Shown piece after piece: positions 1 to 10,594 of a stretch of 64,000 nt of DNA (positions within the stretch are counted from its first letter, which is position 1; every line of letters starts with the position of its first letter). The DNA is from Nitrospirales bacterium (GTDB lineage: Bacteria; Nitrospirota; Nitrospiria; Nitrospirales; UBA8639): NCBI GenBank assembly GCA_963555755.3, contig OY820905.2, forward strand, positions 2,976,001 to 3,040,000. Direction: 5' to 3'. Both the position numbers and the translations under genes were made by a program. The notes beneath the pieces are model-generated. The model did no database searches, was not told the origin of the DNA, and saw nothing but the letters and a program-made list of their open reading frames with translations.

Positions 1-346
1 AGCCGGCAAGAATATGGGTGTGCACCAGATTTGGCTTTTCCCTGAGGTAGATTTCCCGCAGGCGGCGTGACATGGCAATATTTGCAGCACTCGACAGCTG
101 CCAGATGGCTTTGTGAATGGCAGACTGATCTTTGTTGCGTATATGACTCATCCAGTTGTTGACCCCAAGGTAATGGACGGTAACGCCGTTTACGCTATGG
201 GTAGAGTCATAAAGCTCTTTCGCCAGGGTGAGGATAACGACATCATGTCCAGCCTGCTGCAGGCCTTCGGCAAGATGCTGAACAGATATGTCAGCGCCGC
301 CGTGAAAATTGGGGGCATAATAGCTGTTGATCATAAGTATCTTCAT
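1..346 (-). CDS. GT4-family glycosyltransferase, N-terminal part (runs off window start)
   Basis: Manual minus-strand translation from ATG at 346: MKILMINSYYAPNFHGGADISVQHLAEGLQQAGHDVVILT...EKPNLVHTH, a typical GT4 N-terminus; not in the ORF track. Confidence 0.85.
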   Translation of the reverse strand, partial: MKILMINSYYAPNFHGGADISVQHLAEGLQQAGHDVVILTLAKELYDSTHSVNGVTVHYLGVNNWMSHIRNKDQSAIHKAIWQLSSAANIAMSRRLREIYLREKPNLVHTHILAG

Positions 347-756
347 TCAAGGACCCCGGTTGTGCTCTTTCATATGAACTACGCCCAATCGCAATATTCC
401 AGCGTTTGCTTTTTTCCTGCAGCCGCTGTCAATTCGAGAAAGAATGATATCCCTGTTGTACCAGATCGCGGTTAAGACGCCATCCCGGCTATGATGTTCA
501 GTATATTCATTCGTCCAGTAACAACCCCAATGATGCGCGACAATAAAAACGGGTTTTATTGGGAGTCAACGTTTTTATCCAACAACTGGGGGCAGAGTAA
601 CATTAACGCAGCGGGCGAGGCGTATCCCCATCTATGAGTAGAAGGAAATGACGAATCCGTCACCGGGATCATCGGCTATATCGGGCCCAAGCCCCGTACA
701 AACAGTTCCGGTAGGAAAAGGACCTACGTCACGACGTTCCCTCCCCAGACCCCGCG

Positions 757-963
757 TTGCGCCTTGCCAGTCAAGAGGCGCCGCAACCACAGGGCTGTGT
801 CAGGGCCCAGGGGTTTAGCCTGCATGCCGACACGCAGTGTGGCCCCCAGCAGCGGCAGAAACTCGAACGCCTGTGTCGCTATATCACGCGCCCCGCCCTC
901 GGCCACAAACGCCTGCGCCGTACTCCGGCCGGCGAGGTCGTCCTCCAACTTGAAACGCCGTAA
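757..963 (+). pseudogene. IS91/ISCR-family (Y2 HUH) transposase fragment
   Basis: GFSLHA...RQKLERLCRYITRPAL...GEVVLQL motif block; only about 68 codons remain. Confidence 0.85.
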
Positions 964-987
964 CGAAAATCTGCAGTAGGATGAAAG

Positions 988-1090
988 CTACGTAATTATA
1001 CCTACTACTCCAATTCCAAAAAAATAGCAAGTGTCGTACAAGGGTTCCGGGTTTTGACCCTTCAGCAAAACAATTGTGGGATCGACTTTT
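988..1090. repeat. Repeat E copy 1 (~100 bp; homologous to 42241-42335)
   Basis: Shared blocks ctacgtaa...aaaatagcaagtgt..tacaagg...caaaacaattgtggg(g)atcgactttt. Confidence 0.8.
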
Positions 1091-1283
1091 GTGCGGGGGC
1101 GATTTTCGGGGGTTATGGTAGCCTAAATAATCACGGTGAGAAATTTAGTCAAAGTGAATCGGTTGGCTAGGTTGCGCCTGGGTTGCGGATTTGCGGACAG
1201 GTGACCCACTTTGGTCTATTCCTGTCCACATGAAATTGTTGACACACGCATGATTAAAGGCGATCATGCGGCTTTCCAGAAGA

Positions 1284-1328
1284 CTTCGGAACCGAGGGTT
1301 ACAGGTTCGAGTCCTGTCAGGCGCGCCA
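1284..1328 (+). other. tRNA-Arg(TCG) 3' half, att-site remnant T1
   Basis: cttcgga anticodon loop, T-arm ACAGG-TTCGAGT-CCTGT, ends gcgcgCCA; no D-arm or 5' acceptor strand. Confidence 0.85.
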
Positions 1329-1563
1329 TGAAATCAAGAACTTGTGAGGTATCACGACTCCCTACCATTCTGTTGATCGCAATTTATATTCCCCTGATGA
1401 TTTACAGGGGAGGAAAATATTCCGTGGACGGTTAAGAGAAAAACAAATCCCAAAAGACTCCCATTCTTCTTAGGAAAATCACCTTTGGGATGGTGATGAG
1501 TTTCTGGCTCGAACTATTTCTGTTGCCTGCCCAAAGGCTCCCTTCGTCCTTGTCCTATCCACT

Positions 1564-3969
1564 ATGAAGACCCTTTTAGCCTGGTGTTTTACAAACATTA
1601 CGAATAAATATCCCGGCACCATTTTGGCACTTGCCATCATGTTGAGCGGCCTGTCGGTTTATGCGGCCACCGGCCTGGCCTATAACTCGAGGATAGACAA
1701 CCTGCTTCCCCAGGATCTCCCTTTGATCCAGGAATTTAACGAAGTGGTCGCCAAAACTGGTGGGTCCGGCCCTTTGGTGGTCGTGCTGGAAGGGTTGGGT
1801 CTGAGCCAGGCTCCCCAGGTCATCGGTCAGTTGACGAAGACGCTGGAAAAAGTTCCCGGAACCCATTACGTCGATTCGCAGATTCCTAAGGATTTTTTAA
1901 ACAATCGCCAGCTCTTCCTGATTTCAAGGCAGGAACTGCTTCAACTCGAAATCCTCATCGAGGACGCGATCGATTACGCCCGCGGGCAACTGGGAGGCAT
2001 TTTTGTGAATGCCGAGCATTTCAACTCCGAAAAGCTGCAGTCGCTGGTCGAAGACTACAATATTTTCGGTGAATTCAATCCCTACCATAGAGGGAGAAGC
2101 AATACAAAATACTATATTTTCGTAAAGCCCAAGGGAACGGTCACGGATACGGAATTTACCGAACGGTTTGTTCATTCGATTCAGGAGGCGATTGATCGCA
2201 CCGGACTCGAAGAAAAATTTTCAGGCCTTAAGATCAACCTCACAGGTTCCCTGGTGGTTCGCCTGGAAGAAAATCAATTCATCCTGCGGGACCTCAAAAG
2301 AGCCGCTTTTTTGGCCGCTTTTCTGGTCACCTCCATGATCTTCATTTACACGCGGTCCTGGTTCTCGATTCCGCTTATTATTTTTCCCTTAATATTGTCG
2401 ATGACCTATACATTTGCTTTGACGCGGTTGATCATAGGGCATCTCAATATCATCTCAGGTTTTCTAGTGGCCATTCTCATGGGCCTGGGTATCGATTATG
2501 GAATTCATCTTTACATACGATTCAAACAGGAACTCCTTAAGGAAAATTCCATTCCCCGAGCGGCGGAGTACGTGGCCACCCATGTGGGGCGATCCGGTTT
2601 AATTGCCATGCTGACCACGATCAGCGTTTTTTCCATTTTGAGTTTTTCCGATTTCCGCGGCTTCTCGGAATTCGGTACAATCGCCACGATGGGGATCGTT
2701 TGCGCGTTTCTCACCTATTTTTTCGTATTTCCCGCCCAGGCCCTTTTTTACGATAAAATCCACTGGCTGGGAAAGCCGAAACCCAGGCTCTTCAACCTGA
2801 GGATTTCTAACTTCTATTCCAACATGCCCTATTTTCTTGCTGCCTCGTTTCTTCTTTTGATGGTGGGGAGCCTGTTCCTCCTCCCGGGAGTGGAGTTCGA
2901 ATATAACTTTCAGAAATTGCGCGGCGATTCCCCTGCGGGCGACTATGAAACGGCCAGCACGGACGATTTCGGCTTCGCTTTTTCTCCCACGGTGATCCTT
3001 ACTTCGACAAAAGATAATTTGTTCTACATTCATGAAGCCTTGCAGAAAATCAAGGAACAGAACGGAGACAAAAGCACGATAGGAATTCAGTACTCCTTGA
3101 ACCTGTTCAGTCGAAAGGAATATGAGTCTAAAAAGGAAATTCTTGACCGTATTCGGAAACGGTTTTACGAGGACAGCGACATAATTCGGTTTTCGCTGGG
3201 AGAGACCAGGTATCACCAGTTTGAGCAACAGTTGAACAGCGAACCTTTTGATGAGTCCGCCGTTCCAGGAAGCCTGGTACAAAAACTCAAGGCAAAAGAA
3301 GACTATCTATTGCTGATGTTTTCACCTTCGGATAAAAACTTTTTCAACGTGAAACATGTTTATCAATTGGCCCGGGAAATAGAAACGTTGAAGTCCCTGC
3401 TGGCGGACAGGAATATTCCCACATCCATAATGAACGAAAACCTTCTTGCCGCGAAAGTCCTGGACTGGGTCAAGGAAAAAGGCCCCAGGGCGATGGTCAT
3501 CGCTGTAATCCTTGTTTTTCTGATCCTGGTGATCGACCTGCAGAGTTTGACGCTTGCCCTCAAAACCTTCCTTCCGTTGTTTACGGGACTGGCCTTGACC
3601 GGCGCCCTCATGGCGTTTTTTCATGTCAAACTCAACTTCATAAATATCGTCATGCTTCCTTCCATTGTGGGGATCATGATCGGAAGTTGCGTCTATCTCA
3701 GTCACCACATCCTGGATTGCACTAATGGGGATACTCTTCGATCCGTACAGGAGACAGGCAGCGCCATCATCCTTTCGTCCCTGACCAGTCTGGCGGGGTA
3801 CGCGAGTTTGAATATTGCCCATCACGCGGGTATTCACTCCATTGCCACCATGGTGGAACTCGGAATATTGACCTGCACCGTTTGTACCTTGTTTATGCTC
3901 CCCGCGTTGTTCGAGATAGGTGCCCATAGGATTTCCTTTGACAAACATGGAACGACACCACCCGAATAG
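1564..3969 (+). CDS. MMPL/RND-family lipid exporter (HpnN-like)
   Basis: 801 aa, two repeats of TM plus periplasmic loop plus TM bundle, GLGIDYGIH motif. Confidence 0.9.
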   Translation: MKTLLAWCFTNITNKYPGTILALAIMLSGLSVYAATGLAYNSRIDNLLPQDLPLIQEFNEVVAKTGGSGPLVVVLEGLGLSQAPQVIGQLTKTLEKVPGTHYVDSQIPKDFLNNRQLFLISRQELLQLEILIEDAIDYARGQLGGIFVNAEHFNSEKLQSLVEDYNIFGEFNPYHRGRSNTKYYIFVKPKGTVTDTEFTERFVHSIQEAIDRTGLEEKFSGLKINLTGSLVVRLEENQFILRDLKRAAFLAAFLVTSMIFIYTRSWFSIPLIIFPLILSMTYTFALTRLIIGHLNIISGFLVAILMGLGIDYGIHLYIRFKQELLKENSIPRAAEYVATHVGRSGLIAMLTTISVFSILSFSDFRGFSEFGTIATMGIVCAFLTYFFVFPAQALFYDKIHWLGKPKPRLFNLRISNFYSNMPYFLAASFLLLMVGSLFLLPGVEFEYNFQKLRGDSPAGDYETASTDDFGFAFSPTVILTSTKDNLFYIHEALQKIKEQNGDKSTIGIQYSLNLFSRKEYESKKEILDRIRKRFYEDSDIIRFSLGETRYHQFEQQLNSEPFDESAVPGSLVQKLKAKEDYLLLMFSPSDKNFFNVKHVYQLAREIETLKSLLADRNIPTSIMNENLLAAKVLDWVKEKGPRAMVIAVILVFLILVIDLQSLTLALKTFLPLFTGLALTGALMAFFHVKLNFINIVMLPSIVGIMIGSCVYLSHHILDCTNGDTLRSVQETGSAIILSSLTSLAGYASLNIAHHAGIHSIATMVELGILTCTVCTLFMLPALFEIGAHRISFDKHGTTPPE

Positions 3970-4084
3970 CCTGAGGGGCGTGATTATTCCAATCACCATG
4001 TTTCATAACGAAAATTCCTCCTGAGTTCGTTTCTGGAGGGCGGTTTTTTTGCTAAAATTTTGGTAAAGCGCCTCGGGTGCCTTT

Positions 4085-5158
4085 ATGTCAGACATTCAAC
4101 CTGATTTAAATTTTCCAATCCGAGAGGCCAGGGAAATTGTTAAGGATTTGATGGTTCCCAATTCTTTAATTTATTGGGCCGATTTTCTTTTTCATGTCTT
4201 CCTGGGTTGGGGAGCTTTTGTCCTGACTCTTCTGCCCAGCCCGTTTTCCTATTACCCGTATGTTTTTTTCATTGTGTCCTCCCTGGCTCTATTCCGGTCG
4301 GCTATTTTTATTCATGAGCTGACTCACCTCAAAAAGGACTCTTTTAAAGTATTCCGGATCGTGTGGAACGTGTTATGTGGTTTTCCTCTTATGATCCCTT
4401 CTTTTCTATATCAGGGGATTCATAACGACCATCATAAAAGGAATCTTTATGGTACGGAAGAGGACGGGGAGTATTTCCCCTTTGTGAAAGAGGGGAGATG
4501 TAAAATTATATTGTTTGTCATTTTTTCGTTTCTTGTGCCCGTCATTTTTTTCATCAGGTTCATTTTTCTGACGCCGATTTCCTATGTAAATAAAAAATTC
4601 AGGTCGTGGGTTTTGGAAAAGGTTTCGTCCTTTTGCATCGATTTGAGTTACCGGCGGACCTGGGCATCTTTAGCCACGGTTCCGATGTGGCAGGTTCAGG
4701 AAGCGGTGACCTGCTTGTATGGTTGGGCCTTCATTGTACTGGTGAGTATGGGAATATTGTCCATTGAGGTCTTGATATTGTGGTACCTTGTTACAGCAAC
4801 GGTTTTTTTACTCAATTCCCTGAGAACCCTGGCCGCACATCGTTACCGTCACCCCGGCCACAAAACCCTGGATTTTTCCGAGCAGCTCCTGGATTCGGTA
4901 AATATTTCGGAAAACCTTCTCGCTATCCTGTGGGCTCCTGTTGGACTGCGATTTCATGCGACGCACCACCTCATTCCGGAAATTCCTTATCATTCCCTGG
5001 GAAAGGCTCACCGGCGGATTCTTCAGGAGTTCTCGAGGAAGGATCTTTATGATCGAACCGCATGCCGAGGTCTGGGGGCTGCCCTAGGGCGCCTTTGGCG
5101 GGAGGCGGGACAGGGCTATTTCATATTAAAGTGTAACTTTATAGATAATAAGGAATAA
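4085..5158 (+). CDS. Membrane fatty-acid/sphingolipid desaturase or hydroxylase; C-terminus altered by ISAs1 insertion
   Basis: His boxes HELTH, HNDHH, HATHH; the original end WREAG-PLP* can be rebuilt from 8035-8055. Confidence 0.85.
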   Translation: MSDIQPDLNFPIREAREIVKDLMVPNSLIYWADFLFHVFLGWGAFVLTLLPSPFSYYPYVFFIVSSLALFRSAIFIHELTHLKKDSFKVFRIVWNVLCGFPLMIPSFLYQGIHNDHHKRNLYGTEEDGEYFPFVKEGRCKIILFVIFSFLVPVIFFIRFIFLTPISYVNKKFRSWVLEKVSSFCIDLSYRRTWASLATVPMWQVQEAVTCLYGWAFIVLVSMGILSIEVLILWYLVTATVFLLNSLRTLAAHRYRHPGHKTLDFSEQLLDSVNISENLLAILWAPVGLRFHATHHLIPEIPYHSLGKAHRRILQEFSRKDLYDRTACRGLGAALGRLWREAGQGYFILKCNFIDNKE

Positions 5159-5205
5159 TCGATTTAGGCTGGCTTTTTCTTTTCGTTTACGGCATACTCT
5201 TTTGC

Positions 5206-6953
5206 ATGCCAGACGAATCGCCAAGCGGACAGCCGGACATTGATCTGAGGCAAGTCGTGGTTCGCCCAATTGTCCGAGACGAAAAGGACGCCTTCAAGAC
5301 CCTTCTCGACAGACACCACTACCTCGGTCATGCCCCGCTGATTGGCCAATCGATACAATATCTCGCCTGTGTGCAGGATCGCTGGCTGGCCTTGCTGGTG
5401 TTTGCGGCGGCGGCCCTCAAATCGAGACCGCGAGACCACTGGATCGGCTGGCCCCCCTGTTTTCAATGGCAACGACTCCATTTACTGGCCAACAACACCC
5501 GGTTTCTCATGCTGCCGGGCTGTTCGCAAAAGAACCTCGCCTCGAAAGTCCTGTCGCTCTGCGCGAAACGGATCTCGGCCGATTGGCAACTGTACCACGG
5601 CTACCCCTTGCTCCTCTTAGAGACCTTCGTCGATCCTGCCCGCTTCACCGGGACCTGCTATCGGGCCGCCGGGTGGCACGAGCTCGGTCTGACACGAGGG
5701 TTTCGCAAGTCGAACACGTGTTATGTTCAGCATGAGAGACCGAAGCGCATCCTAGTCGTGCGGCTGCATCCCCAAGCCCGAGAGATCCTTGCACGCCCGA
5801 TGCTTGATCAGCCCTATCAGAAAGGAGAAGCGCCTCAGATGAGATTGAATACAAAACAGACGGACTCCCTCTTTACGTATGTGGTGCAGCTGACCGATCC
5901 CCGCCATTTGCAAGGGCAACGGCACACCCGACGCGCCCTCACGGCGATCATGTTCTGTGCCACCTTGTGCGGCGCGCGCGGCTATGAAGCGATCTCGGAC
6001 TGGGCCCAGCAGTTATCGCAGCCGATGCGCAAGCGGCTAGGCTGTACTCAGCGAGGGGGGCGCTACCTCGTCCCGAGCCGCAGCACTCTTTACCGCTTTA
6101 TCACGGCCGTCGACCCCTGTGAAGTCGATACCCTGCTCGGCCGGTGGCTGGACACCTTCGGCGGGGAGGATCAGGGCATTGCCATTGATGGGAAGACCAT
6201 GCGGGGGACGTCGAAGGTCCCAAGCGAACAGACCCACGTCCTCAGCGCCGTCACCCATCAAGCCGGGCGCCACCTCACCCAAAAAAAGTTCACTCCAAGA
6301 CCAATGAGATCCCCTGCGTGCGGCCCCTGTTAGATGCGCTCGAGATCGCAGGGAAGGTGATCACGGCGGATGCGCTCCTCACCCAGAAAGAGATTGCCGA
6401 GTACCTGGTGCACGAACGCGGCGCCGACTTCGTCTTCACCGTCAAGGGAAACCAGCCCACCTTGAAGCACGACATTGAGGCCTTAGCGTTGCGAGCACGC
6501 CGGTGCGATTATGCCACCACCGAGAAAGGCCATGGGCAGATCACGACCCGCAGGATCTGGTGCGATGACTCCCTGAATGCCTATGTCAACTTTCCTCATG
6601 TCCAGCAAGTCTTCTGCATTGAGAGGGAAGTGACGCATCTCAAGCAGGGCCTCACGACCGTCGAAGCGGTCTGCGGTGTCACGAGTCAGTCCAAAGACAA
6701 GGCGGGGCCGAAGACCATCCTCTCGCAAAACCGAAAGCATTGGAGTGTGGAGAATAAGCAGCATTATGTGTTGGACGTCACCTTTGATGAAGACAGGAGT
6801 CAGATACGAAGTCTCAATGGCCCAATGGTCATGACCTGTCTGAGACGCTATGCCATCAGTCTCTTACGCCTGAAAGGCTACACCAATATCGCGCAGGCGT
6901 GTAGACTGCTCTGGGGCAAGCCCCATTTAGCCATCCGCATGGCCCTGCCCTGA
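5206..6953 (+). CDS. DUF4338-fused ISAs1 transposase, two ORFs (5206-6333, 6318-6953) joined by a -1 frameshift
   Basis: LETFVDP..F.GTCYRAAGW; IAIDGKTMRG; A7G at 6281-6288 leads to KTNEIP, ITADALLTQ, VKGNQPTL, RKHWSVENK. Confidence 0.9.
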
Positions 6954-7004
6954 AAAAGAGGGCACAAAAAACCTCATGGAATCCCTTGCTTATAAAAAGA
7001 ATGA

Positions 7005-8016
7005 TATGCCTTCCCATTTAACTAAGGTTGCTTCAGTTTATTGAATCCCAAGGGTTTTGAGCTGCTGGTCAGGATTTTCAACAAACTCTGGAAGGTACTC
7101 ATTGGAGTCTCACGGCGGTTATAGCGAAAGACAAACTCATCAAGATAGTGTTGCAGGTATTTTGAATCCACTCCATGGTGAATCCCGTTCAGCCAGGTCT
7201 GCAGATTGCCGAACGCTCTATGGATGTGTGGAGCGTGCTTCCCAGCACTTGCTGGGTCACCCTGGGTCCGTCTCAGGTGTTCGTATCCTGCCAAGGCTTT
7301 TGCCGAGTATCCCTTCCAACCATCGGACTTGATCTTACTGCCCTCAGCGACATGGCTATTGAGGAATGCTTTGATCTCGTTCTCTCCAGCGTCTTGAAGA
7401 ATCGCTAATCGTAAACGCCCTGCTTTCTCTCGAAAGTGATCCCCTTGTGTGTACGTGACAATTTCTACGGCTCCGGCTATTAACGTCTTGGTTTTCGCTT
7501 TCGCGACGCCACGGCCCGTTTTGCCTTTTACCGGTCCACCGATATGGGTTTCATCGGCTTCAACTGTTCCTGCGAGCCGTTCACGGTTCTGTCGTACCAT
7601 TCCTCGTCGCAATCTGTGGAGCAAATACCAGGCGCTATCCACCTTCTTGATACTGAGTTGACGCTGCAATTGCACAGCACTGATGCCAGGTGTGTGCGTG
7701 GAGACGAAATAGGCAGCCCAAAACCAAAGCCGTAGCGGCAAGTGCGATCTATGCATCACTGTGCCGCTTAGCGGTGATGTCTGTCTATGACACGACGAAC
7801 ACTCAAACCGGAAATATTTTTTGAGCCACCAACCACCGCGATGACCGCAAGCTGGACACATAAACCCGTCTGGCCACCGAATCGCCCGCAAGTACTCGAA
7901 GCACGCTTCTTCGGTGTGGAACCTAACAGAAAAATCCAAGATATCAGCAGCATACCCTGTGTCCATAGTCCAGCAGACTAGTCTAGGGACTAACCTTAGT
8001 CAAATGGGAAGGCATA
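7005..8016 (-). mobile_element. IS1595-family IS
   Basis: 25-bp IRs TATGCCTTCCCATTT(A/G)ACTAAGGTT with one mismatch; 8-bp TSD AAGAATGA at 6997-7004 and 8017-8024. Confidence 0.95.
7022..7966 (-). CDS. IS1595 (ISXO2-like) DDE transposase
   Basis: Zn ribbon CPAC..CSSC, VEADET, SDGW.GY, YLDEFVFRYNRR. Confidence 0.93.
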   Translation of the reverse strand: MDTGYAADILDFSVRFHTEEACFEYLRAIRWPDGFMCPACGHRGGWWLKKYFRFECSSCHRQTSPLSGTVMHRSHLPLRLWFWAAYFVSTHTPGISAVQLQRQLSIKKVDSAWYLLHRLRRGMVRQNRERLAGTVEADETHIGGPVKGKTGRGVAKAKTKTLIAGAVEIVTYTQGDHFREKAGRLRLAILQDAGENEIKAFLNSHVAEGSKIKSDGWKGYSAKALAGYEHLRRTQGDPASAGKHAPHIHRAFGNLQTWLNGIHHGVDSKYLQHYLDEFVFRYNRRETPMSTFQSLLKILTSSSKPLGFNKLKQP

Positions 8017-8177
8017 AAGAATGAAATGGCCCTGGAGGCGGGACCATTGCCCTAGTTTAGGAGGGATTTTAATGGTATGCTCCTTTTTCCCGTGAAGTCT
8101 TCCAAAGTAGCAGGTTCTCCCACTAAAGCCGTTTCTTTCTAACCCGAGCCCATTCAACCCTAATAGGATAAACAAAT

Positions 8178-9476
8178 ATGAACAAGTCGTTCCCCGATAC
8201 AGAAAGCGCCAAAAAAAAAGTACTTCAAATAAAGAAAAAATTTGATTTTGAAAATGGGCACCTAAACCCTTCCCCCAAAAACGATGAGAATATTCTTTCA
8301 AAATGCTTCAACCACACGGCCCCAAGCCAGGCAAGAGATTTAGGGATCTATCCGTATTTTCGTGAGATCGAGGAAACGGGCAGTTCCCATGTGGTGATCG
8401 GCGGCAAAAGGGTCGTTACCCTTTCCAGCAACAATTATCTTGGTTTGGCCAAGGATTCTAGGGTGATTGCAGCCGGGAGGGCGGCCCTTGAAAAATTCGG
8501 AATTGGGTGCACCGGTAGCCGGTTCCTCAACGGCACACTGACCTTGCACTGCACGCTGGAAAGGGAAATTTCCGGTTTTCTCAACCGGGAGGACACCATT
8601 GTCATGTCCACGGGTTTCCAGGCCAACCAGGGAACCATCGCCTGTCTTCTGGGAAAAAAAGATATCGCTTTTTCGGACCGTGAAAATCACGCGAGTATTT
8701 ATGAAGGGTGTGCTGTCTCCCCCGGCAAAACAATACGGTACCGCCACAATGACATGGAACACCTCGAATATCTCCTTAAAAAATATTCGGAGGTGAAAGG
8801 CAAACTGATTATCACCGACAGTGTTTTCAGTATGAGCGGCGATATCGCTAATCTCCCTGAAATCGTGAAACTGAGCAAAAACTACGGGGCCACGCTGATG
8901 GTGGACGAGGCCCACGGACTGGGCGTTCTGGGAGAAGGGGGGAGGGGAATATCCAATTATTACAATGTGGAAAAAGAGGTCGATATTTATGTGGGGACCT
9001 TTTCCAAAAGCCTTGGGTCGATCGGCGGATTCGTTTCCACGAAGGCCGGTGTCGCCGAATACATCCGGCACAAAGCCTCGGCTTTCATTTTTACGGCGGC
9101 TTTGCCGCCGGCATCGGTGGCCGGGGTCATTGCCGGTCTCGACATCCTGATCAATGACACCGAGCGCAGGAACCGGTTGCATGAAAATACGGCCTATATC
9201 AAACGGGCCTTCTTCGATATGGGCATCCAGGTAAATAATAACCCTGTTCCTATAGTGCCCATCCAGATCGGTGATGAGGCCGTTACCCTCTATTTAAACC
9301 GGCTCCTCTTCGACGACGGAATTTTCGCGGGCGTGGCCGTGTCGCCAGTGGTTCCTCCCTCAAAAGCCATGATTCGTACCAGCTATACCTGCGAGCACAC
9401 CCGGGAGGACCTGGACGGGATTCGCGATTCTTTCAAGAAAAATATAGAGCAATTGGGCATTCTCCCGCAGCAATGA
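8178..9476 (+). CDS. spt: Serine palmitoyltransferase (PLP alpha-oxoamine synthase family)
   Basis: SNNYLG, GCTGSRFLNGT, DRENHASI, DEAH, GTFSKSL; the GSRFLNGT motif and gene context favour Spt over BioF or Kbl. Confidence 0.8.
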   Translation: MNKSFPDTESAKKKVLQIKKKFDFENGHLNPSPKNDENILSKCFNHTAPSQARDLGIYPYFREIEETGSSHVVIGGKRVVTLSSNNYLGLAKDSRVIAAGRAALEKFGIGCTGSRFLNGTLTLHCTLEREISGFLNREDTIVMSTGFQANQGTIACLLGKKDIAFSDRENHASIYEGCAVSPGKTIRYRHNDMEHLEYLLKKYSEVKGKLIITDSVFSMSGDIANLPEIVKLSKNYGATLMVDEAHGLGVLGEGGRGISNYYNVEKEVDIYVGTFSKSLGSIGGFVSTKAGVAEYIRHKASAFIFTAALPPASVAGVIAGLDILINDTERRNRLHENTAYIKRAFFDMGIQVNNNPVPIVPIQIGDEAVTLYLNRLLFDDGIFAGVAVSPVVPPSKAMIRTSYTCEHTREDLDGIRDSFKKNIEQLGILPQQ

Positions 9477-10594
9477 CCTGTGAAATTAATAGGGTTGAAA
9501 CCCCCGCCGACATCAATCGATTTATTCGGATGCCATGGGAAATTTACCGTGACCACCCCTGCTGGATTCCCCCACTCATCAGTGAACGTAAAAGATTTCT
9601 GAATCCTAAACTCAACCCCTTCTTTGAGCAGGCCGAAGTGGACCTGTGCCTGGTCCTTTCCGCAAACCGGACCCCGGTCGGGCGAATCGCCTTTATCATG
9701 AACCACGCCTATAACCGGTTTCGCTCAGAAAAAACGGGGTTTTTCGGAATGTTCGAATCGGTCAATGAAAGGGAAGCATCCGGCCTCTTGTTGGACTGGG
9801 CCTTCAATCGGTGCCGCGATCGAGGGCTCGATCAGCTGGTCGGACCCGTCAATCTTTCAACCAACCACGAATGCGGTCTTTTGGTTGATGGGTTCAATAC
9901 GCCGCCCATGGTCGGAATTCCGTACAATCCTCCTTACTACAGTGACCTTCTTGAACAATGGGGTTTGAGCAAGGCGAAAGACCTCCTTTCCCTTAAATTA
10001 GAGATGACCGGAATTCCGGAATATCTGGAGTCGGCCATTTCCCGTTTGGTGAAAAGGAACCGTTTTTCCGTCCGGCCCATACGCTTGGACAGGTTTGAGG
10101 AGGAAGTCGATATCATGTGGGAGGTCTATAATGCCTCATGGAGCGCAAACTGGGGATTTGTCCCGATGAGCCGAAAAGAGTTTGTTTTTTCGATGAATGA
10201 GGTAAAGATATTCATTCAACCGGAATATGTATTGATTGCCGAGGTTGAGGATGAACCGGCAGGGTTTTCGTTGACCCTTCCCAATATCAACCAGGTGCTC
10301 AGGAAAATAAATGGGAGCCTTTTCCCTTTTGGGTGGGCCACCCTTTTATGGAATAAGAATAAATTAAATTCTTACCGGGTGGTGGCTTTGGGAGTGAAGA
10401 AAAAATATCGGCGTCTGGGCATTGACGCGTATTTTTATTATGAGATCTACCGGCAACTTCTGGCCGGGAATATCCCCTGGCTCGATATGTCCTGGGTGCT
10501 GGAAGATAATGAAGATATCCTGGCTCCCCTTCATCGAATCGGTGGGACGATATACAAACGGCACCGTATCTATGAACGTGCTTGCGCCTCTTGA
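9473..10594 (+). CDS. GNAT-fold N-acyltransferase, bacterial ceramide synthase (bCerS)-like
   Basis: PWEIY..HPCWIPPL, GRIA, GFFGMFES, GLLVDGF..PPM...YNPPYY, WSANWGFVP, SWVLEDN; ATGA overlap with spt. Confidence 0.8.
   Translation: MTCEINRVETPADINRFIRMPWEIYRDHPCWIPPLISERKRFLNPKLNPFFEQAEVDLCLVLSANRTPVGRIAFIMNHAYNRFRSEKTGFFGMFESVNEREASGLLLDWAFNRCRDRGLDQLVGPVNLSTNHECGLLVDGFNTPPMVGIPYNPPYYSDLLEQWGLSKAKDLLSLKLEMTGIPEYLESAISRLVKRNRFSVRPIRLDRFEEEVDIMWEVYNASWSANWGFVPMSRKEFVFSMNEVKIFIQPEYVLIAEVEDEPAGFSLTLPNINQVLRKINGSLFPFGWATLLWNKNKLNSYRVVALGVKKKYRRLGIDAYFYYEIYRQLLAGNIPWLDMSWVLEDNEDILAPLHRIGGTIYKRHRIYERACAS

Larger units (their letters stand above)
5111..8034 (+). mobile_element. ISAs1-family IS, copy 1, with nested IS1595 in its right end
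   Basis: IRs CAGGGCTATTTCAT / ATGAAATGGCCCTG; target duplication GAGGCGGGA at 5102-5110 and 8035-8043; near-identical to 33080-34983. Confidence 0.95.

Noticed and set aside
113..475. 120-aa plus-strand ORF
   Set aside because: Antisense shadow of the GT4 gene on the minus strand
660..700. GIIGYIG, resembling the GlmS N-terminus
   Set aside because: Too short to support a call
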